DNA of 63,790 bases, filler included, from Welwitschia mirabilis (taxonomy: Eukaryota), in the NCBI GenBank assembly GCA_051453625.1. It is 7 parts of one record of this genome, joined end to end, with 100 filler letters (N's around TTAATTAATTAA, not from the genome) between each part and the next. Parts side by side here need not be neighbours in the genome. Positions count along the whole stretch, not along the records: positions 1 to 25,680 come from JBOZIK010000001.1; 6 more parts are not named here. One strand, written 5' to 3'. The stretch's first letter is position 1. Every line of letters starts with the position of its first letter. This document shows, piece after piece, positions 1 through 9,927 of the stretch. The notes under the pieces are model-generated. The model ran no database searches, was not told the origin of the DNA, and saw nothing but the letters and a program-made list of their open reading frames with translations. Position numbers and translations under genes: made by a program.

Positions 1-1880
1 AGAAGTGATGAAAATTTTATCTTGATGTTATTTCTTGAATATTCTTGCTAAATATATCATCTTGATTAGTTAAATAAATAATTATAATTTAATTTCTTTT
101 TTCTTTTATGGTAATATAATGGCATGTTCTTGAAATTCCGGCAATTCTTTCTTAATGTCTTATTTGAGTTAGCATTAATGATTATTTGGAATTTGAAAAT
201 GTTGTATTTCCATATGACTAACTTGTTTTATTTTTACTTATTTTTAAAATGCCAAGGAACTTGAATCTAGTAACTTATGTAGACACCTTTGTTATAATTT
301 TTATTATTAGCAAAATAAATATTTAGCATGATGAGTAGTTATTATTATGATGAAATATTAAATGCACCTAGTGGTCAGGCATAGTAATGATTGTGGGTTA
401 TGGAATCTTTATCATCTTCTTTTTAAAGATAGTGCCTCTTTTTATCTTTTCATATCCCCACATCCTCTTGTTATATGTAATACTTCCTTTTCCTTTTAAT
501 TATATATCTTTGAGAAGTCCTCTATTATTAGATCTTGGAAAATTTAAAATTGGAGCTTTGAAAGCATTGGAGTCTTGGAATTCTTAAGGTCTTGGAGTCT
601 TCAAAAGATCACAAAGCCTTATATCTAATTTTGGGTATGGTCCTAGATTTCTCTTTATTTTCTTGTAAGGTCCTATTTAATTCTTGAATCTTGTATGATC
701 TTAATTAATTCTTACATCTTTTTATGGTGCTTTATTTTTGCATCCTTTTTAAGGCTTAATTCGGTGCATATTTCTTAATGAAATATTTCTTTCTTGATAA
801 AATTATAAAACTTTGAGTTATATTCCTTATTTATGAGTATTAATTTCTACCACTTTATTGATAAATCATTTGAAAGTTTGAGTGTGATTGCAATCCAAAA
901 TTTTATTCTTATTGCTTAATAAAAATTGATGTCTTATTCTTGGTAATGTATTTTAATAAAAAGAAAACATCTTACATCTTCTTATGATATCTCATAATCT
1001 TTAGATCTTATAGAAATGAAAATTCCATAAATCGCTAAATGAGGTAGTGGAATGTAAAAAGCCATAGATCATCAAATAAGATAGTGGGATTGATAGATCC
1101 ATAGATCGCCAAATGAGATAGTAGAGAATGACAAATCCATCGATTTCCAAATGAGGTAGTGGACCCCACAGATCGCTAAATGATGCAGTGGAGGAAAAGA
1201 AAAATAAATGAAAAATTTATTAAAAATCAGTTATTCTCATTGCAATTTCATAGGTTAATTGCTTAAAATCTTAATCTTCTATTATCTTTTTTGTGACTTG
1301 GAATCCTTTGACCTTTACCTTTTCCTTACTCGCATTATATTGAGAGCTATGTAGATTTCATGATTCTCACTTCATATCTTTATATTAAACAAGGGGAAAT
1401 GCTAGAGTTCTAAAAAATCTGAATTAATTGGCAAGAAGGGCATGATGGAGTGAAGATCATTACTTTCTAGTTTATGTTGTAAAACTATGTTTGCTATATA
1501 AAGCTTATAATCTTACCATGGATCTTTTATATCTCAAATATCGTAATTATTTTCTAACTTTGTAATACATTAAAACTTGAATTATTTATAATGTAATGTA
1601 TTCAAAAGTTTCGTGATGTATATCTTTCATGAATAATATTGTAATAGAAAATGTAACAATTTGTTCTTATGCAATTCTTGTAAATTTCTTGAAAAAAGTT
1701 TCATATTCTAATCATAGAGTCTTGAGAATAACTTGTTTTACTCACTAGAATAATAGATAAGATATAAATAGAATTACATATTTCTCGGTTTGTTGATGTT
1801 ATAGAAATGTAAAGTGTTAAAACTCACCCCCTCTCTCTAAAATATTTATATTTCCTAATATAATTATTAAGGGGCCTACA
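1..1880 (+). mobile_element. 3' part of a long Tekay/Del-type gypsy LTR (5' end outside window)
   Basis: Ends GGGGCCTACA (1871-1880), resembling the GGGGYGTTACA terminus of Del/Tekay LTRs. It contains internal ~37-bp tandem repeats, is non-coding and has no PBS after it. Confidence 0.5.
1025..1191 (+). repeat. Five degenerate tandem copies of a ~37-bp unit (core CCATAGATCGCCAAATGAGGTAGTGG)
   Basis: Copies start at about 1025, 1062, 1099, 1137 and 1166. Confidence 0.85.
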
Positions 1881-2786
1881 TTTAAGTTAATTAGGCAAAA
1901 TTTTATACTAGCTGCCACATTATCATTTGCTTGTGTTAAGTTACTTTATATAATGAAAAGAGAAGGAACGTTTCAATTGAAGGAAATTGTCATGGAGAAG
2001 AGGGCCACGTGAGAGTGATATGAGAAGCCCTCGTCATGCATAATATTAATATGATATCGTAAAAATAAAAATAGGGTGTCAATATAAAAGCTGTGTTGAA
2101 GAGGAGGCGGCCCACATAAAAGGGGACCCACATAGAGAAAGGTGGGCACCACCTTAGGACCTCTCACCATGAAATATTCAAAGGAAGGTCGGCATGTTAT
2201 CAGGTAGGGGCATTTAAACTTGAAGAAATATCAAAGGGCATTTTAGATAAAGTAAGACCACCATGTAAAGAGAGTCCACGTGAGAAAGGAAGAGGGTCTA
2301 CACTGATAAGCAGCCGCCATTATTTAAACAAACATTAATTTAAGAAAAGATGTTTATTAAGGAAGGGAATTGCTTTAACAAAAGACGTTTAGTAAGGATG
2401 GGCCCACGTGAGAAGGTAGTAAGTAAGTGTGCTACGACATTAAACATCATTTTTTTTTTCACATGAATTTAAGAGCACTAAGATGGTGTCGGGATGGAAG
2501 AGTAAATGTTGAGATGGTAGAGTTAATGAGGAGGAAAGTAACTGTTTAGTTTAGCAGGCAACATCTTTTCTTTAGCCATCATCTTACAGAAACGATTAAA
2601 AAAAATTATTAAAGATTTATTAAAGGAAGGGGACGCGTTTTCTTGAAGAAGATTAGCAAGTTACCGCCTTCACTCCCTCGTACCCAATGATACTGAAATA
2701 AAAAGGGTGGTGAAAATGTGTTATTTGCATGTAAGGGAAATCCATATGGCATTGGGGAGCAGCAAGGGGCCCACACGAGAAACCAC

Positions 2787-2811
2787 GAAAGAAAGAAAGA
2801 AAGAAAGAAAG
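2787..2811 (+). repeat. (GAAA)n microsatellite
   Basis: Direct reading, about 6 units. Confidence 0.9.
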
Positions 2812-2829
2812 GAAGGATTACCTTGAGTG

Positions 2830-3560
2830 CAGCAACACTTAATAATTGCTAATTATACATTAGTGCGGTGGTGAAGGCCTTGACATATCACATGAGATGT
2901 GTTTTGTTTAATTTCCGTGGTGTATTATATAAATAAAAATGAATTTTAGATTTAAAAAATTAAAGTGTATTGGGTTGTGCAAAATTAATTTAATCAATTT
3001 TATGGCCTTCACCTCATAATGTTTTTCTTACAAATATTCACCTTATAATAGTTCAATGTTAAAAATTCTTTGGGCTTTTTTATTCTCAAATCGGTTCAAT
3101 CTTAGATACATAACAATGTATTAAGGCTTATAAAATTATTATTTTTATTTCCTCCTTGATTAGGTTAAAATAACATACCTCATTTCTATATAAATTAAAG
3201 CACAATTTATTTAAAATATTTTAAGATAATGGTGGGCCAACTTCTGTTATGAAGGGAGAAAAGGTCAACACTCAAAATTTTTAAGGAGATGTAATTAGAG
3301 TAACCATTTAATTAACAAAAGATATGGAGAAAGCATAACAATTAATAAATAAGTGCTTTGTTAAGTTGTTTTAAAATAACTCGAGAATAATATATGGTCC
3401 TCATCACTCATTTGTTATTCATGATCTCACTGTTGTTTTCTTTTATGAATCTACGAAAAATAACTTAAGTAACTATTTAATTTCTTAATTAAATTTATTT
3501 TTTACACAATTCTTCAGAACAACTTCGAAGCTCTTAGTTTTTAAGAAAGTGGGTTTTACA
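2830..3560 (+). repeat. 5' LTR of element A (alignable part; may extend upstream to ~1881)
   Basis: Homologous to 13555-14262. Ends GGGTTTTACA and is followed by the PBS. Confidence 0.85.
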
Positions 3561-3563
3561 TTT

Positions 3564-3575
3564 TGGTATTAGAGC
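3564..3575 (+). promoter_or_regulatory. Primer-binding site, tRNA-iMet type (first of three tandem copies)
   Basis: TGGTATTAGAGC is one C>T away from TGGTATCAGAGC and lies 3 nt after the LTR CA. Confidence 0.85.
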
Positions 3576-3787
3576 ATCATTTCAAGTTTTTTGGTTGTTA
3601 AAGAGAGTATTACATTTTGATATTAGAGCAAGTTGAATTTTGTGGATGTAGAATATTAGGTTTTACATTTTAGTATTAGAGAATAGGTTGTGGTTTCATT
3701 AAGCATAACTACTGTTAAAGTTGTTATAAGTTATAACATTAAATCCTAGGTTTGTGATGTGCATGGTTTGACTTTTACAGAATTAAT

Positions 3788-4532
3788 ATGACCGCAAGAA
3801 GAGCAGTAAACCGGCTAACTAAAGTTACAACAGTAATAAATGCAATTAACAACTTAGTAGATGAGCTTCATGAGTAAAGCAATGGCAGAGAAGATGGTGA
3901 CTCTCTCAGGAAGGTGATGATGCAATTTAAGAGGATGAATCCTCCAACTTTTGAAAGTGTCAGCAATGTGGCAAATGCAAAAGTAAGGTTGATTTCTATA
4001 TAAAGGAAATTAGAATTGTTTAATTTTACTATAGAGTAGAAGGCAATATATTAGCAACTCATTAAGTTGTTAAAGGAGCAACTTCATGATGAGATGTAGA
4101 AATACTTCGAGCATCATTTCCAACACCTATGACATGGAAAGACTTTGAAAGAAGATTTAGATGTGGATACATCTCAGAGTTTTTCAGAAATATGAAGGCT
4201 AATGTATTCTACAATCTTAGATAGGGTTTTCTAACCATAGCCCAATATAAGCATAACTTCATGAAACTTTTAAGATATGTTCCTGAATTAGCAGAAGATT
4301 TGTGGTTGATCTACATGTATTAATTCAAAATCAAGTCAAACTATTTCAACTGAAGACCATTGCAGAGGCCTTAGAAAAGGTCAGACTTAGTAAAGAATTA
4401 TGGATTATGAATAAAAATCTCAGGAAGAAAAGGAGAATATCTTAAAATAATAAAACAATGCAATCATGGAAGAAATCATTTAATCAGAATTCAAGTTTGA
4501 TCAGAGAAAGAGGTAAAGTAAATATGGCTATT
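3788..4532 (+). pseudogene. gag: gag, N-terminal part (element A), with stops and frameshifts
   Basis: ATG at 3788: MTARRAV...MQFKRMNPPTFES...MTWKDFERRFR...FYNLR*G.LTIAQY, typical of the Tekay retrotransposon gag domain. Confidence 0.8.
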
Positions 4533-4996
4533 GTTGCTAATTTTTTTCACAACATTATATTGATGATTTTGGTGGATTGAATTTCGCCTAGTGCCCTATT
4601 TCTAGTGCCAAAGTTGTTATAACTAGATTTCACAAAGTCATATTAAAAATAGAATGCATTCACATGGTTCATTGCATACTAAACATAAATGATCATTTTC
4701 TTATAAATTTGATTTTAATTAAGACAACGAGTTCATCCGATACTATAACAAATTAACATGAACACATACTTCAACCTAGAAAAAGAGAATTAAAGTTACA
4801 TCAAACAACTCAATTTAAACAAAATTATAATTTATTGAATGAAACAAAAAATCTTTATTTGATATTTATAATGACGTGAGTAGTTATGTGAATTCTTAAA
4901 ACAAAGACATTACACTTATAGTGACAGGTCAAATGAATAAGCAAATACAGAGCCACATATTAAGAATATATTACTAGTGATTACTCAAGAGCATTA

Positions 4997-5026
4997 GAAG
5001 AAGAAGAAGAAGAAGAAGAAGAAGAA
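4997..5026 (+). repeat. (GAA)10 microsatellite
   Basis: Direct reading. Confidence 0.95.
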
Positions 5027-6037
5027 AAGGGTTGTAAAAAAATATATGATTCAAAAGGTGACTCTTACACTATAGTTTGATTTACAAAATAAATTTTAAT
5101 GTGAAAAGCTGAACCTTATAAATTATAATAAACTGAATGTGTTTCAAAATATACAAACATCCAAAATGTGCTAATAAAAAGAATTAGATTAAAAAAAATG
5201 ATGACATGTTACCAAGGCTTATCCATCATTCTTTTGTGCGTTACCTCATGTTTCGGCAGTGCTTTCTTTTCTGTTGTGTTTCTTCTCTGCTGATCTATTA
5301 TATCTTCTGTCCTATTATGTCCTCCTTTCTAATGTCGCTGAGTCATTGTTGTTTCTCCCTTGCATCGCCTCTGATTGTTAATTCCATTCTGGTGTATTCT
5401 CAGTTGCAATCTACCTTATTTGCTCTTCCTGTTGAAAATAAGAGAGGAAAGAACTAAATAGAAATTTGTTGCTCCAAAGAAAGTTTTGTAAAGGGAGTCA
5501 TGCAAAGTGAGTTATGCGAAGGGAGTCCCACAAAGGAAGTTCAGTTTATTTGATGTAACTAGAGAGCCTTTTATAGGCATACAGAGGAAATAATAGTTCT
5601 TCTTCTTTTTGTAACAGACCCACTAAATTTACTAACTTAATAACCATTTCCCTTCTTTTCAGTACCTGACATAAAAACTCTATTAACTTAATAATTGTTT
5701 TCTTTATTTTCCATAACTGANNNNNNNNNNNNNNNNNNNNNNNNNNNNNNNNNNNNNNNNNNNNNNNNNNNNNNNNNNNNNNNNNNNNNNNNNNNNNNNN
5801 NNNNNNNNNNNNNNNNNNNNNNNNNNNNNNNNNNNNNNNNNNNNNNNNNNNNNNNNNNNNNNNNNNNNNNNNNNNNNNNNNNNNNNNNNNNNNNNNNNNN
5901 NNNNNNNNNNNNNNNNNNNNNNNNNNNNNNNNNNNNNNNNNNNNNNNNNNNNNNNNNNNNNNNNNNNNNNNNNNNNNNNNNNNNNNNNNNNNNNNNNNNN
6001 NNNNNNNNNNNNNNNNNNNNNNNNNNNNNNNNNNNNT

Positions 6038-6251
6038 ACACATTAGACTAACTTCTTTGCCTTGAAGCTACATTTATGCCTCTTACATAGGCATCTTAAA
6101 ACATATAAGTGTGGCCTTTTCTTGCTTTGGGCTACACATTAAACTAGCTTCTTTGCCTTGAATCTACATTCATGCTCTCACATAAGCATCTTAAAATATA
6201 TAAGTGTTCCATTTCCTTGCTTTGGGCTATACATTAAACTAGCTTCTTTGC
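6038..6251 (+). repeat. ~96-bp tandem repeat, ~2.3 copies, inside the TRIM-like element
   Basis: TACACATTARACTARCTTCTTTGC recurs at about 6038, 6134 and 6228. Confidence 0.8.
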
Positions 6252-7005
6252 ATCTGTTGTCTCCTTGTGCTGCATGTTCTTGCACTTATGCTGTGTGCTT
6301 ATGCTCTGTGCTTGCACTGTTAAGCCACTATTACTACAACAATCATAGCTGTCTTTTTCTGCTCCACACTGTCTGAGCCTATACCTCTTGTGTGTTTCTT
6401 TGTCTTGCTTATCTGCGATCACCTACACCCAGATCTCGAGCTCCCGCTACTCTATTGGATTTGTCATCCTGCAGAGCCACTCTGTGTTCTTCAGCTTCTT
6501 GCTAGCTGCTTATTCTCATCGCTCAACTTAGAAATTGTCTTTTTTGCTTTTAGAAGTTTCTGTCATTAAGTTGGACCCATCAAATCCTTCATAATTCTAT
6601 TAAGATCATGCAGTTTCTAGCAGAAGTCTAATAGAACAAGGGCCATTCTTCTCAGTTGTCTTGATCTTCCTTTTATATTTCAGATTTCTGCTATTTCTGT
6701 GTGAATGCTCTAACAAATTCCGCATCAGAGGTCTTGGACACCATACATGGATGCCTCAATATCCATGAGTCCAAGACTAGCAATTAAGCTAATACCCTGT
6801 TCTTCTTTGATACCATGTTGAAAATAAGAGAGTAAAAAACTAAATAGAAATTTATTACTCCAAAAGGAGTTCCATGAAGGGAGTCAAGCAAAGTAAGTCA
6901 TGTGAAGGAAATCCATGAAGGGAGTGTAAGGGGAAGGGTGGTTATTAAGGTGGCCAATTAACTCCATTTAATCGTAGCACCTCACAGGATTATAGCCACA
7001 TCTAA

Positions 7006-7130
7006 TTTTTCTTTTTCTTTTTTTTTCTTTTTTATTTTTTGACACTCCACAGCCTACGTGCTTAACATGAGAATCGAACTTAGAACTTGATGCCTCACAG
7101 ACAGATGTCTTTATTACTAGACCAAAGGTC
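7006..7130 (-). mobile_element. Short tRNA-derived SINE
   Basis: Minus strand: A-box-like TGGTCTAGTAA, B-box-like AGTTCGATTCTC, a short body and an A-rich tail (T-run 7006-7040). Flanked by TATAGCCACA (6991) and TATAGACACA (7131). Absent from the sister LTR at 5430. Confidence 0.65.
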
Positions 7131-7712
7131 TATAGACACAAAGGGAGTCCAGTTTATTTGATGTAACTAGCGAGCCTTTAATAGGTATACAAAGGAAATA
7201 ACAATCCTTCTTCTTTTTGTAACAGACCCATTAACTCCACTAACTTAATAATCATTTCTCTTCTTTTTCGTGACTGATCCACTAACTCTATTAACTCAAT
7301 AATTGTTTTCTTTCTTTTCTGTAACTGACTCAATAACTCTTTTCTATTTTTATGTCAACATTAAATTGTTGGCATTACCTAAAGAAAATTTCAACATTAA
7401 ATTGTTTTCTTTCTGTCGATTTTGGCATATTATATGTTATGATCTGTTGTCTGATTCTCTAGTGCTCCTCCTTTGCATGTGGTTTGCTATGTTTTGGATT
7501 TCCTTGCATGTGCCATTACTGTGGTCGCTAATGCGCTTTTTTTGTTTTTTGTCTTGCTGCACCTTATTTTGTTGATTCCTTTTTAGCCACTTCTGCCTCC
7601 TATATTTTGTGTTAACCTCTGTTCTTTTATTCTGCTGTTTCGTGATCCGTTTATTCCATGATGTTCCACCTATTTCACGTTCGATGATCTCTCCTCTGAT
7701 CTCTTCCAGCCC

Positions 7713-8221
7713 AAGAGACAAGATCACGACAGCATAATTTCTCATTTGATTATTTTGGCCTCTGACTAAGTCCATGAGAGGACCCATAGTTCCTGCGTTG
7801 ATTGCCATGCGTTTCACGCACCAATGTCCACACAGTCTGAACAGGACTGACGCTGCATCTCTCTAGCCCGTCTGATAGCCCTCCGTTAGAAGCCGGATCA
7901 ATTCCGGAATCCCCTCATCTTGTGCCAATTTTATTACGTTTTTGCTTCTATGATGGGCAAAATTCTGCCTGCATCTGTGATTTCTGGTCTCAGGCATTCT
8001 GCTATGGCCAAATTGAAGAGGGTTGTGACTGTGTGTCCCTGGGTAATGGGATCATGGCAGCGGAAAAGATTGATCATTGAGCGAATGATTCCCCTCTCGC
8101 TCATGTAGATTCTGTTTTCGTTGCTCCTTTTGGCCAGGACTCTAGGTTGTCCCGCGGCTTCTCTGAGTTCTTGTTGGCAACCACTGTTGAGCTTCCAGAA
8201 GAGAGAATCATCCGAAGCAGA
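7713..8221 (-). pseudogene. Plant U-box/ARM-repeat (PUB13/PUB14-like) E3 ligase fragment, ARM region only
   Basis: Hand translation: ..KLNSGCQQELREAAGQPRVLAKRSNENRIYMSERGIIRSMINLFRCHDPITQGHTVTTLFNLAI..DAGRILPIIE / frameshift+deletion / NVIKLAQDEGIPELIRLLTEGYQTG*RDAASVLFRLC..AINAGTMGPLMDLV..AVVILSL. This tracks the PUB ARM consensus (AAGELRLLAKRN.DNR..AGAIP..DPRTQEHAVTALLNLS..G..RGKKDAATAIFNLC). Confidence 0.8.
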
Positions 8222-8451
8222 CCTGAAATTCTGAAGAGAATGGCCAGTTCTTGCAGAATAAGTAACTGACTAGGGGCGAAATGATGATCTTGAAGGAGGC
8301 GGTGGAAAAGGAATGTCTAGTGGGCTGTTAGAATTATGAGGGAGTGGAGGTAGAGCGGAAGGATTTTTTTGCATGCAGGACGCAAGCTTAGCTACACTTG
8401 GCCCCATTGAATTTTGATTTGATATCGGATTGAATAAAGCCGTGGCCAGCC

Positions 8452-8697
8452 TTGAAGACTGAAGTGAAGAATGGAAAGAACTATAACATACTTATTTGCT
8501 GCTATGCGGAGAATACTGAAGCTGAAACTGTGACAAAATTATGCTTGGAAATGTTTTATATTGACCGACAGCCAGACGTTAGCACAGTGCATGTCATTGT
8601 GGATGCCCTCATTAAAACCAACAGAACTGAAACAGATATAGCTCAGTTGTTTATACAGACAATGAGCAAGAAGATGCCTGCGTTTCTCTTAGTTTGA
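8452..8697 (+). pseudogene. Pentatricopeptide repeat (PPR) gene fragment, ~2 degenerate motifs
   Basis: YNILICCYAENTEAETVTKLCLEMFYIDRQPDVSTVHVIVDALIKTNRTE..A..FIQTM fits the YN.LI..Y.....A..L..EM....PD..T...I.AL.K.GR PPR pattern. Confidence 0.65.
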
Positions 8698-9927
8698 TGT
8701 TGTATGACACTTCCTTCTGTCTTATGTCTGGTTAGAAGGGAGACGTGAACGTGTTAGGATCAATGCAGCAACGTTACAGAAAGAGGAGGAGGAGATGTTT
8801 GAGAGCTAAGACTCTTTAATACAGCACAGATGCTGGGGATATAGAATCTTCAAATTTAGAATAATTTATTGCAGACTTAAGGAGAAATTCTGTGGTTGGT
8901 GGAAAAGAGGATGATATGAGAAAAAGACGAGGGATATATAAAGGTCATGATGAGTTAAGATCTGAAGGACCTCAAGGAACGGGTGATTCTTTTGTACCAA
9001 GAACATGGAAACTACCAAATTAAGCTCTTATGTTAGTTTGTATTGTACACGAATTCCTAGGATTGTTTTTTCCTTTTTTTTGGTTGTCGCTTTAAGCAAT
9101 TGTGGTGGTAATTCCATCAATAACTTTATCAAAGCAAAAATGAAACATTTCATTTACATGATATGATGCAAAAGCAAAAAAAAAAAAAAAGAAAAAAAAA
9201 GAAAAACATTTGGCTTAAGCTGGTTGAAGGCATTTTCCTCCTCATTCCCTGGGTCCAGAAAGATAGCTGTGGTCTACCTAATTTTAGATTTCAAAAGTGC
9301 AAAAATCAAAGGCAAATGATCAGAGGGCCAAGGTGACAACTTTGTCTGAAGGATGATAGATGTAATGGATATTATCATAACTAAACAAATTGATAACAAT
9401 ATGATCAGTTGGGGGTGATTGCTTCAAGAGAGATCTGACCAATCAAGGATGCTAGAGTCAGTGCAATTAGGTCTTCAAAAATGGATTTTCCTGCAAACCT
9501 ATGTTTTTAACCTACAACTAATTGGTTATAATTGCAATTTGTCAAGACTTGAAGACGATAAGATCTTGATATCATTAAAATAGCTTTCAAGTTCTAGAAA
9601 CCGAATAGAATGGTAAAATATACCAGGTTCAAACAATATAGGGCGGGGTTGGATGTCCTTCCAAAGATATTGCCGTTCTATGATCTTATTAATGAAGAGA
9701 TTAGGCTTTGGAAACTTGAAGTTCAAACATTTATAAGGCGTGTCTATTAAAGAACCTAGGAAAGATGAAAGAACGCTTCAAAATGAGGTTTTCATTCATT
9801 GTGATTTCATTTTCATTCATATTTTTCCTATGATCAATTTTAGCAAAGTCCTTTTCATTTACTTCTCCCACGTTTACACATGTAAATTTTTTTTTTTTTT
9901 TTAAGATGGTATCAGAACTTGGCATTT

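Larger units (their letters stand above)
5430..7360 (-). mobile_element. Small non-autonomous LTR element (TRIM-like), ~1.9 kb
   Basis: Direct repeats TGTTGAAAATAAGAGAG... at 5430 (running into the gap) and 6817-7360 (ending TCAACA). Minus-strand PBS TGGTATCAAAGAA at 6804-6816. The internal region is non-coding. No TSD was recognised. Confidence 0.75.

Noticed and set aside
3551..3682. CRISPR-like repeat-spacer appearance
   Set aside because: Eukaryotic context, the repeats are LTR end plus PBS, and there are no cas genes. Kept only as a PBS triplication.
7060..7135. Functional tRNA gene
   Set aside because: Boxes are degenerate, there is no convincing acceptor stem, and a poly(A) tail and flanking duplication are present, so a SINE fits better.
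387..7575. Short hydrophobic ORFs (387-587, 5206-5457, 6158-6376, 7303-7575)
   Set aside because: Compositional by-products of T-rich non-coding or LTR DNA with no recognisable domain.
9270..9345. Minus-strand peptide TKLSPWPSDHLPLIF resembling the SDH motif of EEP nucleases (LINE endonuclease or CCR4-like)
   Set aside because: Single short motif with no supporting upstream domain.
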